Positions 9,924 through 21,345 of a stretch of DNA of 43,272 nucleotides are shown piece by piece. Location: NCBI RefSeq assembly GCF_001194135.2, contig NC_068994.1:1504085-1547356 (forward strand), written 5' to 3'. The notes under the pieces are model-generated. The model had not been told where the DNA came from, did not search any database, and saw only the letters and a list, made by a program, of their open reading frames with translations. The translations under genes and the position numbers were made by a program. Positions within the stretch are counted from its first letter, which is position 1. The number at the start of each line of letters is the position of its first letter. The DNA is from Octopus bimaculoides. Taxonomy: Eukaryota.

Positions 9924-12326
9924 CAAGACGGAAGGAGGTCTCCGTTCTGTGGTCGATGTTATCCACTCACTCTGTGATTCATATTGTGGGTAGAACTCGG
10001 CTTTTGATTCGATCACCTGAGTATTTCGTCGACTCACCTCAGCCGAATGACCTGATGTGGGGACAGGTTTCTTCGTCTGAGTTATGTAATGACTTTTCTC
10101 CCTGTCCGATGGGATTGCTGTACTGACACCAGCCCTTGGAGAGCCGTGTCGGTCATTGTTACAGCGGACAAAACAGAGTGTGATGGAAACTACAAGAATG
10201 ACTGAGAGTATTACAGCAATGGCTACAATGATTATGAACCATGTAAGATTGATCATGTTGTCAGAGGAGGGCTGAAAGTTATTCGACACCGAAGTCTTAT
10301 TACTGACACTCAGTGTTAGAATGATGGTGGTGGTTGCTGTCAGAGCTGGTGTGCCACTGTCTTTCACAAGAAACTCAAGTCTGTAGGTGCCAGCATCGTT
10401 TTGGTAAACTGTCCGTGCATAAGACAGAACTCCCGAATAAGGGTTTATTGAAAATAACTGTTTGTTGTTGCCACCAACTATTTCGTATCGCAAGAAAGCA
10501 TTTAAATGACTGTCCCTGTCTGAAGCCCTTAATACAGTGATCTCTTTTTTACTTTGGGGATGATAGCTAACATCAAATCTAAATGGGTCCATACTAGGGA
10601 AGGTAAAATAAGGGGCATTATCATTCTCATCTAAAACCTCTACAATCACATTGGCTGTGTTATTTAATGAAGGATTCCCGTTGTCTTTGACAAATACTTG
10701 GAACTTATAAACATTCTGTTGTTCTCTATCCAGTGGTATAGTGGTTGAGATAAAACCATAATCAGTTATCTGGAATGGTATCACATGTTTGCTGGTACTC
10801 AGCAGAGAAAAAGTCAGTTGACCTCCAGCTCCCATATCAGGGTCAGTAGCATTTATAAAACCAATGGGAAAGTTTGTTTTCCCATTTTCATAAGTCAGGA
10901 ATTTAAAAGATTCTTTTGTAAACTGTGGCTGGACATCGTTGACATCCATCACTTCAATGGAGAACTGTCTCTGAGTCTGTAAAGGAGGGGACCCTTTGTC
11001 TTCGCAAGAAATTGTTATGTCATACCTATCTTGTTTCTCTCTGTCAACAGGTTTCTTTAACGTAATTTTATATTCTTTTGATCCTAAATCTAAAAGAAGG
11101 AATTTATCATGGTGTAGGCTACATTCCACCTCACCGTTCTGTCCAATATCATTGTCAATAACACTGACATAAGCTATGAAACTGCCAACTTTGATCCCTT
11201 CAGAAATGGCAGCAGTATTCTCTCTCAGCTCAGTGACAAAATTCACATCAATTACAGGTGGGTTATTATGTTGATTGATCACATTCACCATAACGATGGC
11301 TGTGGAACTGAGAGGGGAACTGCTGCCATCTTTGGCTTCGACCAACAATTTGTAATTTTTCTTTCGTTCTGATGATAAATTCTTTGCAATGAAAATCTCA
11401 CCAGTGACATTATTCAACCAGAAATGGGATTTAGTATAAGCTGATGTTTCAGAGCTGAAATGGTATGTAACACGACCATTCTCTCCGGAATCTAAATCTT
11501 TGGCAGTCAATGTAATAATGGGTTTATCTCTTTGAAGTGCATTTCTTATGGAAACATTGTAAATATCTTTACTGAATATTGGGAAGTTGTCGTTATCATC
11601 AACAATAGAGACATGGATATTTAGCAAGCCCTGGTTTGGAGGGTAACCGCCATCTTTGGCAATTACTTGTAGATTGTATGAGTCCTTTGTTTCCCGATCA
11701 AGACTTTTGGTGAGAACAATACCAAGTTTGGAACTGCCGGTTATTCTTTTCTTTACCGACAGCATAAATGGTGCCTTGTCTTTGGTTTCTAATTGGTATG
11801 TAATCTTGGAGTTTCGAACCCCAACATCCCTATCTATAGCATTTGGAATAGCTTTCAACATGCCTTCTTTGTCCCCTTCAGAGAATTGGATGTTGGCAAA
11901 CTTTTCAGGAAATTCAGGTCGGTTATCATTAACATCTTGTATGACAACTTTAATCTTCAGTACTTTCATAAAAGTTTCAGCTTTTCGAACTGCCACTTTG
12001 ACTATTTTGGAACATTCCATTTTATATGAACACAGGGACTCAGCATCTAGTGATTGTGCTGTGTGCAGTTTACCTTTCTTGGTCACATTGAACAAGCGGA
12101 AACTGTCTGACAGTCTTTGTTCCAACTGGCTGAACGTTATAAGATTGTGATCTTGGAATGGTATTTTGTCCATCAAGTGTAAGTCTGTAGCGATGTCTCC
12201 CACATACGCTCCAGGTCCCTTCCCTTCTTCCACATGGTAGGTAAGATCTACACAGAGGCAGCAGTGAAGAACCAAGGAAAGTATTGCCGCTGTGTGAAGG
12301 ACATCTTTTCTTTTTATTCTCTTCAT
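9921..12326 (-). CDS. Protocadherin (cephalopod-expansion type): large exon encoding signal peptide, EC1-EC6, TM and the start of the cytoplasmic tail (802 codons); 3'-partial
   Basis: Cadherin linker motifs DVNDNRPEF, DDNDNFPIF, NQHNNPPVI, DVNDVQPQF and DENDNAPYF; LDRE motifs; DxD and A.DGG motifs; EC1 C-X5-C (CSYKMEC). Hydrophobic signal MKRIKRKDVLHTAAILSLVLHCCLC; TM WFIIIVAIAVILSVILVVSITLCFV. The ATG at 12326 lies 32 nt inside the acceptor, so ORF codons 1-47 are intron or UTR. Confidence 0.96.
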
Positions 12327-12358
12327 CACTAAAAAATTGGTCAATGAAGGAAGGTCTT

Positions 12359-12394
12359 CTGGAACGACAAAGGAAAAAAAAAAAAATAGAAGAA
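12359..12394 (-). other. Splice acceptor with polypyrimidine tract for the protocadherin exon
   Basis: Minus strand reads ttcttctatttttttttttttcctttgtcgttccag|AAGACC; the exon starts at 12358. Confidence 0.85.
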
Positions 12395-12720
12395 TGTTAC
12401 GAAAGTTGGCAGAGTAAAAACGAAGGTTCATGTTGTGATTCTCAAAAAAGTAGATATTTATCTCCAATTAATGTTTCAATATTTCACACATCATACGAGC
12501 CATCACAACACCATGAACATACCTTTATACTTTGTGTATGTGTGTGTGTGTGTGTGCATATGTGTACACAGGTGTGCGTATCTGTGTGTGTGTGTGTGAT
12601 GGTGGTAAACAAATATAAGACAATTTCACATCTATTAATGCAATGTGCAACATCACATATACAATTGTACATCAATATACTTACCCAAATGCATATCTAC
12701 ATTAAAATATATTTATCTGT

Positions 12721-12937
12721 AAGGTGGTGAGCAGGTACAATTGTTAGCACATCAGGTAAAATGCAGAGCAGCATTTCGTCCACCTTTACGTTCCGAGTTC
12801 AAACTCCACGAAGGTCAACTTTGTCTTTCATCCATCTGGGGTTGATCAAATAAGTATCAGTTGAGCATTGGGGTTGATGTAGTTGACTTATGCCTTCTCA
12901 ACTTCGAAATTGCTGGCCTTGTGCCAAAATTTGAAAC
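12721..12937 (+). mobile_element. Near full-length SINE of the most frequent family in the window
   Basis: aaggtggtgagc...gagttcaaactcc...ctttcatcc...gttgagcattggg...ggccttgtgccaaaatttgaaac. Homologous segments occur at 6605, 9631, 13801, 16742 and 21270. Confidence 0.8.
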
Positions 12938-13800
12938 TTATATGCACACATACACATTTATGAGAACAAAATGAAAAGTGAGAATTTTGGTGAGAAGCCA
13001 TGTGGTATTGGTTTACAAGTTTAGCTGCTGACTGACCAGAAGTAGAGAATAAAGAGTAAAGAGTAAAGTAAACAGGGTTTGATAGGAGAGTGATTGAGCA
13101 GACTAATGTCTGTCAGTGTGCATGGTTCATTGTGTGCCATGTGTTAGTTTGTCTAGGTGTTTCTTTTTATATATATGTTTGTGTGTGTGTATATATATAA
13201 AAGTAATATTTGGGTAAAACCCTTGTAGAATACTGTACAAATCTCATCCCACAGTTATTGGCTACCAGATATCATCATACAATGGAATTGCTCCAGCTAC
13301 TGGACATACATCAGGGATTTCATAGTATCTGTAGAGTTTATATAAATAGATAGAACAACTTTCATTATTGAAAATCACTAAAATTGTTTCAACCCACTTT
13401 TACATTCATAGTACATTGGTGAGATGGTATAATTAATGTTGTGTAATCACCATCATCCATTAAGGGTGCAAGATGCACTTCTTCACTTGACCATACTGTC
13501 ATTGCACTCAGGCTGTGAATGAATACTCACAAGTGTGTTATTTTCAGCAATTTTGCAAATGAAACTAAACCCACAGAAATGGTGAAGGACAAAATGCAAT
13601 TATAATCAAACTCCCCAAAAATACAGAAATAAAGAAGAAAGACAGGACTTGGATGGAGGATAGGGATTACACAGCATGTTAATTATATCATCTTACCAAC
13701 ACGCTTCACTTCCTCCTCCCTTCTCCCCTGACCCCCTGTTATTCCCCTCTCCCTAATGCTGCTCTCCCTCTCTCTCTCTGCTACCATCCTCTCATAATCC

Positions 13801-14016
13801 TTTCTACTAAAGGCACAAGGCTTGAAATTTTTGGGGAGGGGTTAAGTCGATTACATTGTCCCCAGTGTGCAACTGGTACTTATTTTTATCAATCCTGAAA
13901 GGATGAAAGGCAAAGTCAACCTCGACAGAATTTGAACTCAGAACGTAAAGACAGATGAAATACTACTAAGCATTTCGCCTGGTGTACTAATGATTCAGCC
14001 AGCTCACCCCCACCTT
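13801..14016 (-). mobile_element. SINE, same family, opposite orientation
   Basis: Reverse complement of the 12721 copy along its length (ggcacaaggc...ggatgaaaggcaaagtcaac...gaactcagaacgtaaag...ccagctcacc). Confidence 0.8.
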
Positions 14017-14349
14017 ATTCATCCTCTCACAACAACAACAACAATAATAATAATAATAATAAAGTTTTTTCTACCATCAGACTCTGCTCTTTCATCTTTG
14101 TCACCTACAAGTTGCCCCTTGTATTAATGGCTCCATTACAACCTTGCAAATGTTGGTAAACCAAACCATGTAGGAGCAATAGAGGGGCTGAGAGAGATCT
14201 CTAGCCTTGTTATTGACTAGACAACTTTTGTAGTTGCTAGTGCCATGGGAAACTGCTCTCAGTACGCTTTATAAGATGGCTGCGATTCAGAAGGGCCACA
14301 GAAGCCATGTGATGGCTTAGATATTGGAGCAAGACATGGTTAGCTGACC

Positions 14350-14740
14350 TGTTGCATTCTGTCAAACCATCCAACCTGTGCCAGCATAGAAAAATGAATG
14401 TAAAATAATGATAATGACGATGATGATGATGATGATGATGATGCGTGCAAGTTAGTGTCTGTGTGTGGCACATTGGGTCTGATGACTCACACATACTAAG
14501 GAGTGGATAGAATATATTTAGGCAGATTTTCTACAGCTGGATGCCCTTCCTGTCACCAGTTCTGCCTCCAAGCAATGTAAATATTTCCCCATTGCCCGGA
14601 CATGTTCTCCACAGAATTTTGGCAATGAATGATAGGATTTTGTGACACCTTGAGCAAGTGATTTCTACTAGAGGTTTATGAGTGGATCTGGCAGATGGAA
14701 ACTGAAAGAAGCCTGTTGTATGTGTGTGTTTGTATCTCCT
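14350..14740. mobile_element. SINE or RTE-tail-like dispersed repeat fragments
   Basis: ttctacagctggatgcccttcct recurs at about 36655 (ttctacagctggatgccattcct), and ccaacctgtgccagcatagaaa matches the reverse complement of ttccatgctggcatgagttg at about 36568. Confidence 0.5.
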
Positions 14741-15370
14741 TATCTTGAAATCATGCAAAAGATGTAAACAAATATCACTATCCTACAAAGTATGTCATTG
14801 ACTTTCAATGAAAAAACGGTTATTAAAATGATGAACATGATGATGATGATGATGATGTGTGCAGTTAACTGGCAACAAATATATCATCTGACTGTATTGT
14901 GTCTATTATAGTACAGTATATATTGTGTATGCACTGGTGTGCATATATATATACATATCCAAATTTAAGGAATTGAGTAGATAAAATCCAGGTTATATAT
15001 GGATTTGGGATCTTACTTTTACACACATATATATATATATGTGTGTTTTCTGAACTTTTTCCTCTGCCTTAAGCAAGGTTTTTTTTCATAATATTGATAT
15101 TTATATACACCTTACAGGTAATTTTCAAATCACCTTAATTATCCAGCTGGTAACAAATATTACACCGTTATATTTTGAAAACCAACCACCCAATCGAATT
15201 TAAATGCTTATTCGTGTATTATGAATTACATCACATGTAATCACATGTATTACATGTACCATCACAATTTTGATTCAGTTTTTATCACAACTGTTCGACA
15301 AACAGGAATGTGAAACGCAGATTAGCAGTCTTGCCATAATTTTGCAGCTTTAATAAAAGTGTGTATGTAT

Positions 15371-15371
<1 letters not shown>

Positions 15372-15445
<74 letters not shown>

Positions 15446-15472
15446 CACACACACGCACGCACGCACACACAC
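15372..15472. repeat. Long (CA)n microsatellite
   Basis: About 100 bp of near-perfect CA repeat, directly visible. Confidence 0.95.
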
Positions 15473-15871
15473 ATATATATATATATACGTGTATATATAG
15501 ATATATAATTATATAAATATAATTATAATTAAGGGTACTGAGAAAACAGCACCTATATGCTAGAAATAGGCATCAAATGACTCTAAAACCACATCATTTT
15601 GATGTGGTTTTTGCTGTCTACACACACACACACACATATATATATATACACACACACATACAAATATTTATATATGTATATATTATGTATACATGAGTGT
15701 GTGTAAGTATGTATGCATGTACATACATATATGTGTACATATATATGATGCCAATTCTTCCTGTCTGTTCAATTCTCAGACACAAAGTCATAGCACCCAC
15801 TACCTGTTGAGTTGTTGTGCAATCTGATTAGCATATCACTTAGCTGAACTAAACTGTACTGTGCAAATTAC

Positions 15872-16375
15872 CGTACGTCTCTCTGTCTGTCTGTTTGTCT
15901 ATCTTACACACGGACCCATCTATAATATCTAGAAACATCTACACATAACATTTCCACACAGCCATGCACATATCTACACATACATCTACACACCTGCACA
16001 CACACACACACACACACAAGTACACACACAAGGCATACAGAACGTTTGAGTAGATGTGAAGAAAGCCGAACAAAGCAACAAGATAGTGATAATTCTATAA
16101 TTTATATCAACCAATCATCTCGCTAGCTAGATTAACTGCCAAATAATGATAGTGGAAGAGGCTGTAGTAGTTAAAGATGGCAGGTTCGCAGTAAATAACA
16201 ACAAACACGTCTTCGTATATTTCTCACAACAGCAGCAACAACACCCTTTCAAGTGAATAAATACTGTGTGTCATTTTCTTTTCCTTTTTAGCTGTGATTC
16301 TTGATATTCAACACCTCTTCTCTACGTGGGTTTCCCCAGTTGGGCCAACATGGCTGTCTCTCTCTCTCTCTCTCT
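15872..16375 (-). promoter_or_regulatory. Candidate promoter and first (5' UTR) exon of the protocadherin
   Basis: Non-repetitive segment locally richer in CpG than its surroundings, with CCAAT (about 16111), YY1-like AAGATGGC (about 16174), a GA tract and a minus-strand donor ACG|GTAATT at 15871. Circumstantial only. Confidence 0.3.
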
Positions 16376-16741
16376 CACTGCTATTGGGACATTGTTTATC
16401 TAAGTATTCGTTTCAGCCTGTGAAGTATTTTCCACATCACCCATCGTATAAAAACCACTACCATTTCACACACACACACACACACACACACTCTCCCCGA
16501 TCTGTGGCTCCCCATCATCATCATCATCATCAAGCATGCAACTACCATTACTATTGTTCTCACCATTACAGTTTCTAATTCACCTTTAAACCACAATGAT
16601 ACACTTTGCCTGCCACTCTTCATGGCCTCTCTAGCTCAACGCTCCTGGTACTTTGCTATTTTCTCTATACCTCTCACATACACTTTCTCATCATCATTAT
16701 TTATTATTTACTATTCATCATCATTATTATTATTATTAGAT

Positions 16742-16950
16742 AAAGGGTGAGCTGGTAGAATTGTTAGCATGCTGAACAAAATATTTAGTGGCATTTATGT
16801 TCTGAGTTCAAACTCTACTGACGGTGGCAGGTTGACTTTACTTTTCATCCTTTTGGGGTCAATAAAATAAGTACCAGTTGCATACTGGGGTCGATGCAAT
16901 CGATTCCCCCATTTCTCTTAATTACTGGCCTTCTATCAAAATAAGAAAGA
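16742..16950 (+). mobile_element. SINE, same family as 12721-12937
   Basis: aagggtgagctggtagaattgttagca...gagttcaaactc...aagtaccagttgcatactggggtcgat. Confidence 0.8.
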
Positions 16951-17166
16951 GGGAGCCTTCTTCTTCTTCTTCTTCTTCTTCTTATTGGTGGAATTGTGGG
17001 AAAGCATTGACTTTGATTCTAATTTTAGCAAAGTAATTTTTTTATTCCTTCTCCAAAGACTGATTAATGGCAGAAGGTAGTTGATAGGTCAGAGACGGTA
17101 GGGACTTCAGTGTATGCACCTGTACACAACACTGCTGCACTACTGCACAAGTAGCATAACAGTGGT

Positions 17167-17198
<32 letters not shown>

Positions 17199-17279
17199 TA
17201 GTAGTAGTAGCAGTAGTGGTGGTATGTGGGGAGAGAGAGAGAAAGAGAGAGAGGCAACATTGGTAATGGAGAGAGTGGG

Positions 17280-17620
17280 GAGATGTGGCATTCAGTTTCT
17301 ATTTATCAAGAATTTGGAGTGTGCCATGGGGCTTGGAGTGTGCCACAGCATGCTGTGGTATTCTCAGAAATCCTGCGATGTGTCACAAAACATGCTTTGA
17401 TATGTCATGACATACCTGGCTCTGCCATGGCACTCAGTTGCCTGTGAAGAAACAATGAGATGCATCTAAGATGGCAGGATGTAACATAATGTGTTGTGGC
17501 ACATTGTGGCATGTTGTGATACTCCATGGTGTGTTGTGACATAATTGTGGTGTTTTGCGTTACACTGTGGCATACCAAATGACACTGGTGTATTCTATGA
17601 GAGTCTGTAATGTACCAGAA
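17280..17620. repeat. Degenerate ~10-bp-period minisatellite (TGTGGCAYNN-like)
   Basis: tgtggcacat tgtggcatgt tgtgatactc catggtgtgt tgtgacataa ... tgtggcatac. Confidence 0.6.
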
Positions 17621-18422
17621 TCCATTGTTCTGATGGTGTTAAGCTCAAACTCACCCTCTGACCAAACACATTCCCATTGTGACCCTTCCATCTGTTTCTA
17701 TATCTAGCACTGCAGAAGACAATGTGTCCCCCTTTCCTTAGGATGGCTGATGTGATGCGAAGGCATTTTGCTGCTATTCCAAGCAGGCCAGGATGACTCC
17801 ATTATGGCTTTGTCATGGGGGTTTCTCTTGTACTCCATGTTGCACACAGCAAAGTGTCATCAGTGTGTGTGACAGTGTGCCACAGAAACAACCTGGATAC
17901 AAAATAATATCATTCAAGGTCAAGTGATGAAGATCCATGGGTAATGAGTCTCCCCTCTCTCTCCTCCACTTCTACTACCACTACTGCTCCTTTCAAGTAG
18001 TTAGGACTCCTCTCAACAGTCACTTAATTTGCTAGAAATAATAGCTACACCTCTTTCTCAAACCTACGTCCAATTGTGGCCTACTAGGAATAGCAGCCAA
18101 CACTCCCTCAAATCAAACCCTACCATAATCTTCTCTCTCTACTACACACATTCCACCCCCTCAACATCTTCCATCTGTGGAAGGTTCCCATCCCCACCCC
18201 ATATTCATGGAAAAATCAACCCCTTGCAACCCCACATGTTGGTGGCAGGAGACCAATAAATTTAAAGGCCACTGTCCCTCTTTTGTAAGTAAGTTGTAAG
18301 AAAAGAAAAAAAAAACAGATGTCACATTTACACCTGAACAATACAGTCATGATGATGACAATGACAATGATGATGAGACAGGAATTCGTAAATCATAGAT
18401 CACCCTCATGAATGTGCATGTA

Positions 18423-18462
<40 letters not shown>

Positions 18463-18799
18463 AGTCCATACAAAGATGACACTGTGTTCATCATCTGAAA
18501 TTATAATAATGCTAACTTTGAAAGAACTAATAAGTGATTTATACAACACTTTTAAATTGTGGATTTGTCAGTTACCTTCAATGTAAACTAAAATACAGCT
18601 AACTTTCTAAGTCCATCACTTAGAAATTGGAAATCTGAATGATGGCTGCTGCTTTAGTCCACTGCTTATGAACAGCTGACATTGTGATACATCCCCAGTG
18701 AAGTCGTTTTAAACAAGAATTTTAATGGTTTCAGTTGTAGGACTGTGGCCATACTGGAGCACCACCTTAACTTATTTTCTATTGGTTTTGTTGTCATTT

Positions 18800-20835
18800 T
18801 ATGCTGGTCTATGATTGAGTTTGTAGCAGCTGACCTTCCCAGAGTCTATTCTTGAATTCTTGGCTGTTCTGCTGTCATCATTAGGAGTTTATTCAATGTC
18901 TTCCTTTTAATGCTTCTGATTTGCTTTTAATCGAAGATATTTTACTGGTAAATGTTCTTCATAAGCCTTGCTATGTATTCCTTCTATCATGAGAATCTGA
19001 ACTTTTAGTGTACTAAATTTCACATTGTTTTTTTATCTGCTCCTTAATAAATGAGTTTAGCTCATTTTAGAGTGTGACAGTATCTTCTGGAGTTTGGATA
19101 GCCATCAATATCATTGTCATTGGCATAACTCATTAGGTTGGCTGAGTGTACTTGTGTTCTGATGATGATAAATAATAATGGTCCTAGAACCATTCTCTGA
19201 AGTATACCACTTATTAAAGGTGACTTGGCAGAGAGAAAACAATTCACAGCAACAGATTGACTCCTACTGTGCAGGGAGCCAAAGAGTCATTTTTTGAGTT
19301 TTCCGGCAATACCAAGACCCCTTAACTTATGACAGATGATTCCATGAACAATCTTGTCGAATGCTTTGGCCAAATCAAGGTAGATGCAAGAGATTATTGA
19401 GAACGGTGTTATGCTGCTGTAATTGTTGTGTCATCTCAGAGGCTGCTTTCTTCAAGATATGTAATTATTTTTTTTTCACAGACAATGCAGTCGATAATTT
19501 TAGATGTGTGAGATGTGAAAGGAACAGATCTGTAGTTTTATGCTTCAGCCCTCCTACCTCCCTTCTGTATACCTGTTACTATTGCTATATCATGCAACTT
19601 TTGAAATCGTATCTTTAATGGTTTTCATGTTTTTAACAGTATGGCTTGGAGACTATCTGGTCGGGGGACTGAGTTTGAATCTAGTTCATTAATAGCCGTA
19701 AATACATCATCTTTCATAATATCATTAAGTTTTAGATGTGTCTCTGCAGTTGGGTTCTGGGGATCAAAGAATTTGTTTGGCATATGAACTATTTTGTTAA
19801 GCATAGGTTGGGAAGATGCACTGTTATACTGAGGACGCAACAGTGTGCATATTTGTGATGAATTATTGCTATATAGAGAAGGCGCATGGCTTAGTGGTTC
19901 GGGTGTTCAGCTCATGATTGTAAGGTCATGAGTTCAATTCCCGGCGATACGATGTGTCCTTTATTTCACATTGCTCCAGTCCACTCAGCTGGCAAAAATG
20001 AGTAGTACCTGTATTTCAAAGGGCCAGCCTTGTCACACTCTGTGTCATGCTGAATCTCCCTGAGAACTACGATAAGGGTACACATGTCTGTGGAGTACTC
20101 AGCCACTTGCATGTTTATTTCATGAGCAGGCTGTTCCATTGATCATATCAGCTGGGACCCTCGTCATTGTAACCGATAATCTGGTTATGTGTAGCTGATT
20201 TTTCTTTAGCAAAGTGGAAAAAGAAATCGGGAACAGATTTTATATTTCCCATTGTTCAGTGTTCCCTTAACAAAATTTCTTTTCCATGAGATAGTTTTAG
20301 GTCCAGTTCAATGTTCTTTATTTTCATATATTTTTTCTCTCTCTCTCATCAGTTGAAAGTGTTTGATATTTTTTCTGCTTTGTTGGTTTGCTTCTGGTGA
20401 ATATCAGGGAGACTCTTGAGTTCTGGTGAGAGTCTGGACCAACACTGCTACTGTAAGGGATGTTTCTACTGTGGATTTGGTGGTGGCTTGGAGTCCTGCT
20501 TGTAATAGTGATCTCAAGTTCCTGGAAGAAGAGGGAAGGCACAGTCATGCTGTCGATATAACCTTTCCAGTTGGGAATAGCAGCAGATTTTAGGATTCCA
20601 AGGTACACATGTAGAAGCTACTAAGTGTGATTTAGTATTTAGTGGTGGTGTAAGAGGTTTGCTTTGGTGTTGGCTTGAATTGCTTATATGAATTGTGCTT
20701 TGTCCCAGGTAAATGGGTGAAGTTGCGGTCACTGCATATGCATAGTCTCTTGTGTTGAAAATAGTGGAAATAGTGGCATATTTTGTGTGTTCATAAATTT
20801 TGTTCTATTTACGGTTGCCAGATTTATCATGGAAC
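18800..20835 (-). mobile_element. Decayed CR1/L2-like LINE with a nested SINE
   Basis: Minus frames give CIYLDLAKAFDKIVHGIICHKLRGLGIAGKL, SGILQRMVLGPLLFII...SYAND and AINELDSNSVPRPDSLQAILLK. Its 5' part (20450-20835) is homologous to 34960-35293. Confidence 0.82.
19879..20176 (+). mobile_element. tRNA-derived SINE, relatively intact
   Basis: A box TGGCTTAGTGG (19887-19897) and B box GAGTTCAATTCC (19930-19941), followed by a body of about 240 bp. Confidence 0.85.
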
Positions 20836-21269
20836 TTTGAGGTGGACAGTAAGGGGAAGACAGTAGTGATTCTTCACTAATTAAAGTAATAGCAGCAGAC
20901 CACCTTTGTTGATTGTAAGCATGTTGTGTAGCCATGAGTCTGTGTAACAGTATAACATTGATATATGGATGTGGAGGCAAAAAATACATGAATGTGTCTG
21001 CATGGATGTGTTCAATTGTATGAAGTGTGAGATCAGAAAAAATGTACAGTATACTCACAGGTCTGAGATGATAGTGACATGAAGGTTCTCAATAAAACTG
21101 CATCTTTCACAAGAGTTTTAATACTAATCTTGAGGATTTTGCAGGCACTCTTAATTTGTTATGTGCTTCTCCACACAATATATATAAAATTATTTCAAAT
21201 TTTCAGAGTCAACTTTATCTCCTGACGATTACAAAATCATGAACTTTGAAAGTTTTTCATTTGATTACA

Positions 21270-21345
21270 TCAACCACCAATGCTTGAATGGTACTTATTT
21301 TATTGGTCTCAAAAAAGGATGAAAGGTAAAGTAGACTTCAGTAGA
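21270..21345 (-). mobile_element. SINE fragment, 12721 family
   Basis: ggtacttattttatt...ggatgaaaggtaaagtagac matches the 13801 copy. Confidence 0.6.

Noticed and set aside
11656-12150. 164-aa antisense ORF inside the protocadherin exon
   Set aside because: This is an expected opposite-strand open frame of a coding region, with no recognisable domain.
12327-12467. N-terminal 47 codons of the 859-aa ORF
   Set aside because: They run through the polypyrimidine tract and acceptor (LLFFFFSF comes from the T run). The signal peptide starts at Met48 (12326).
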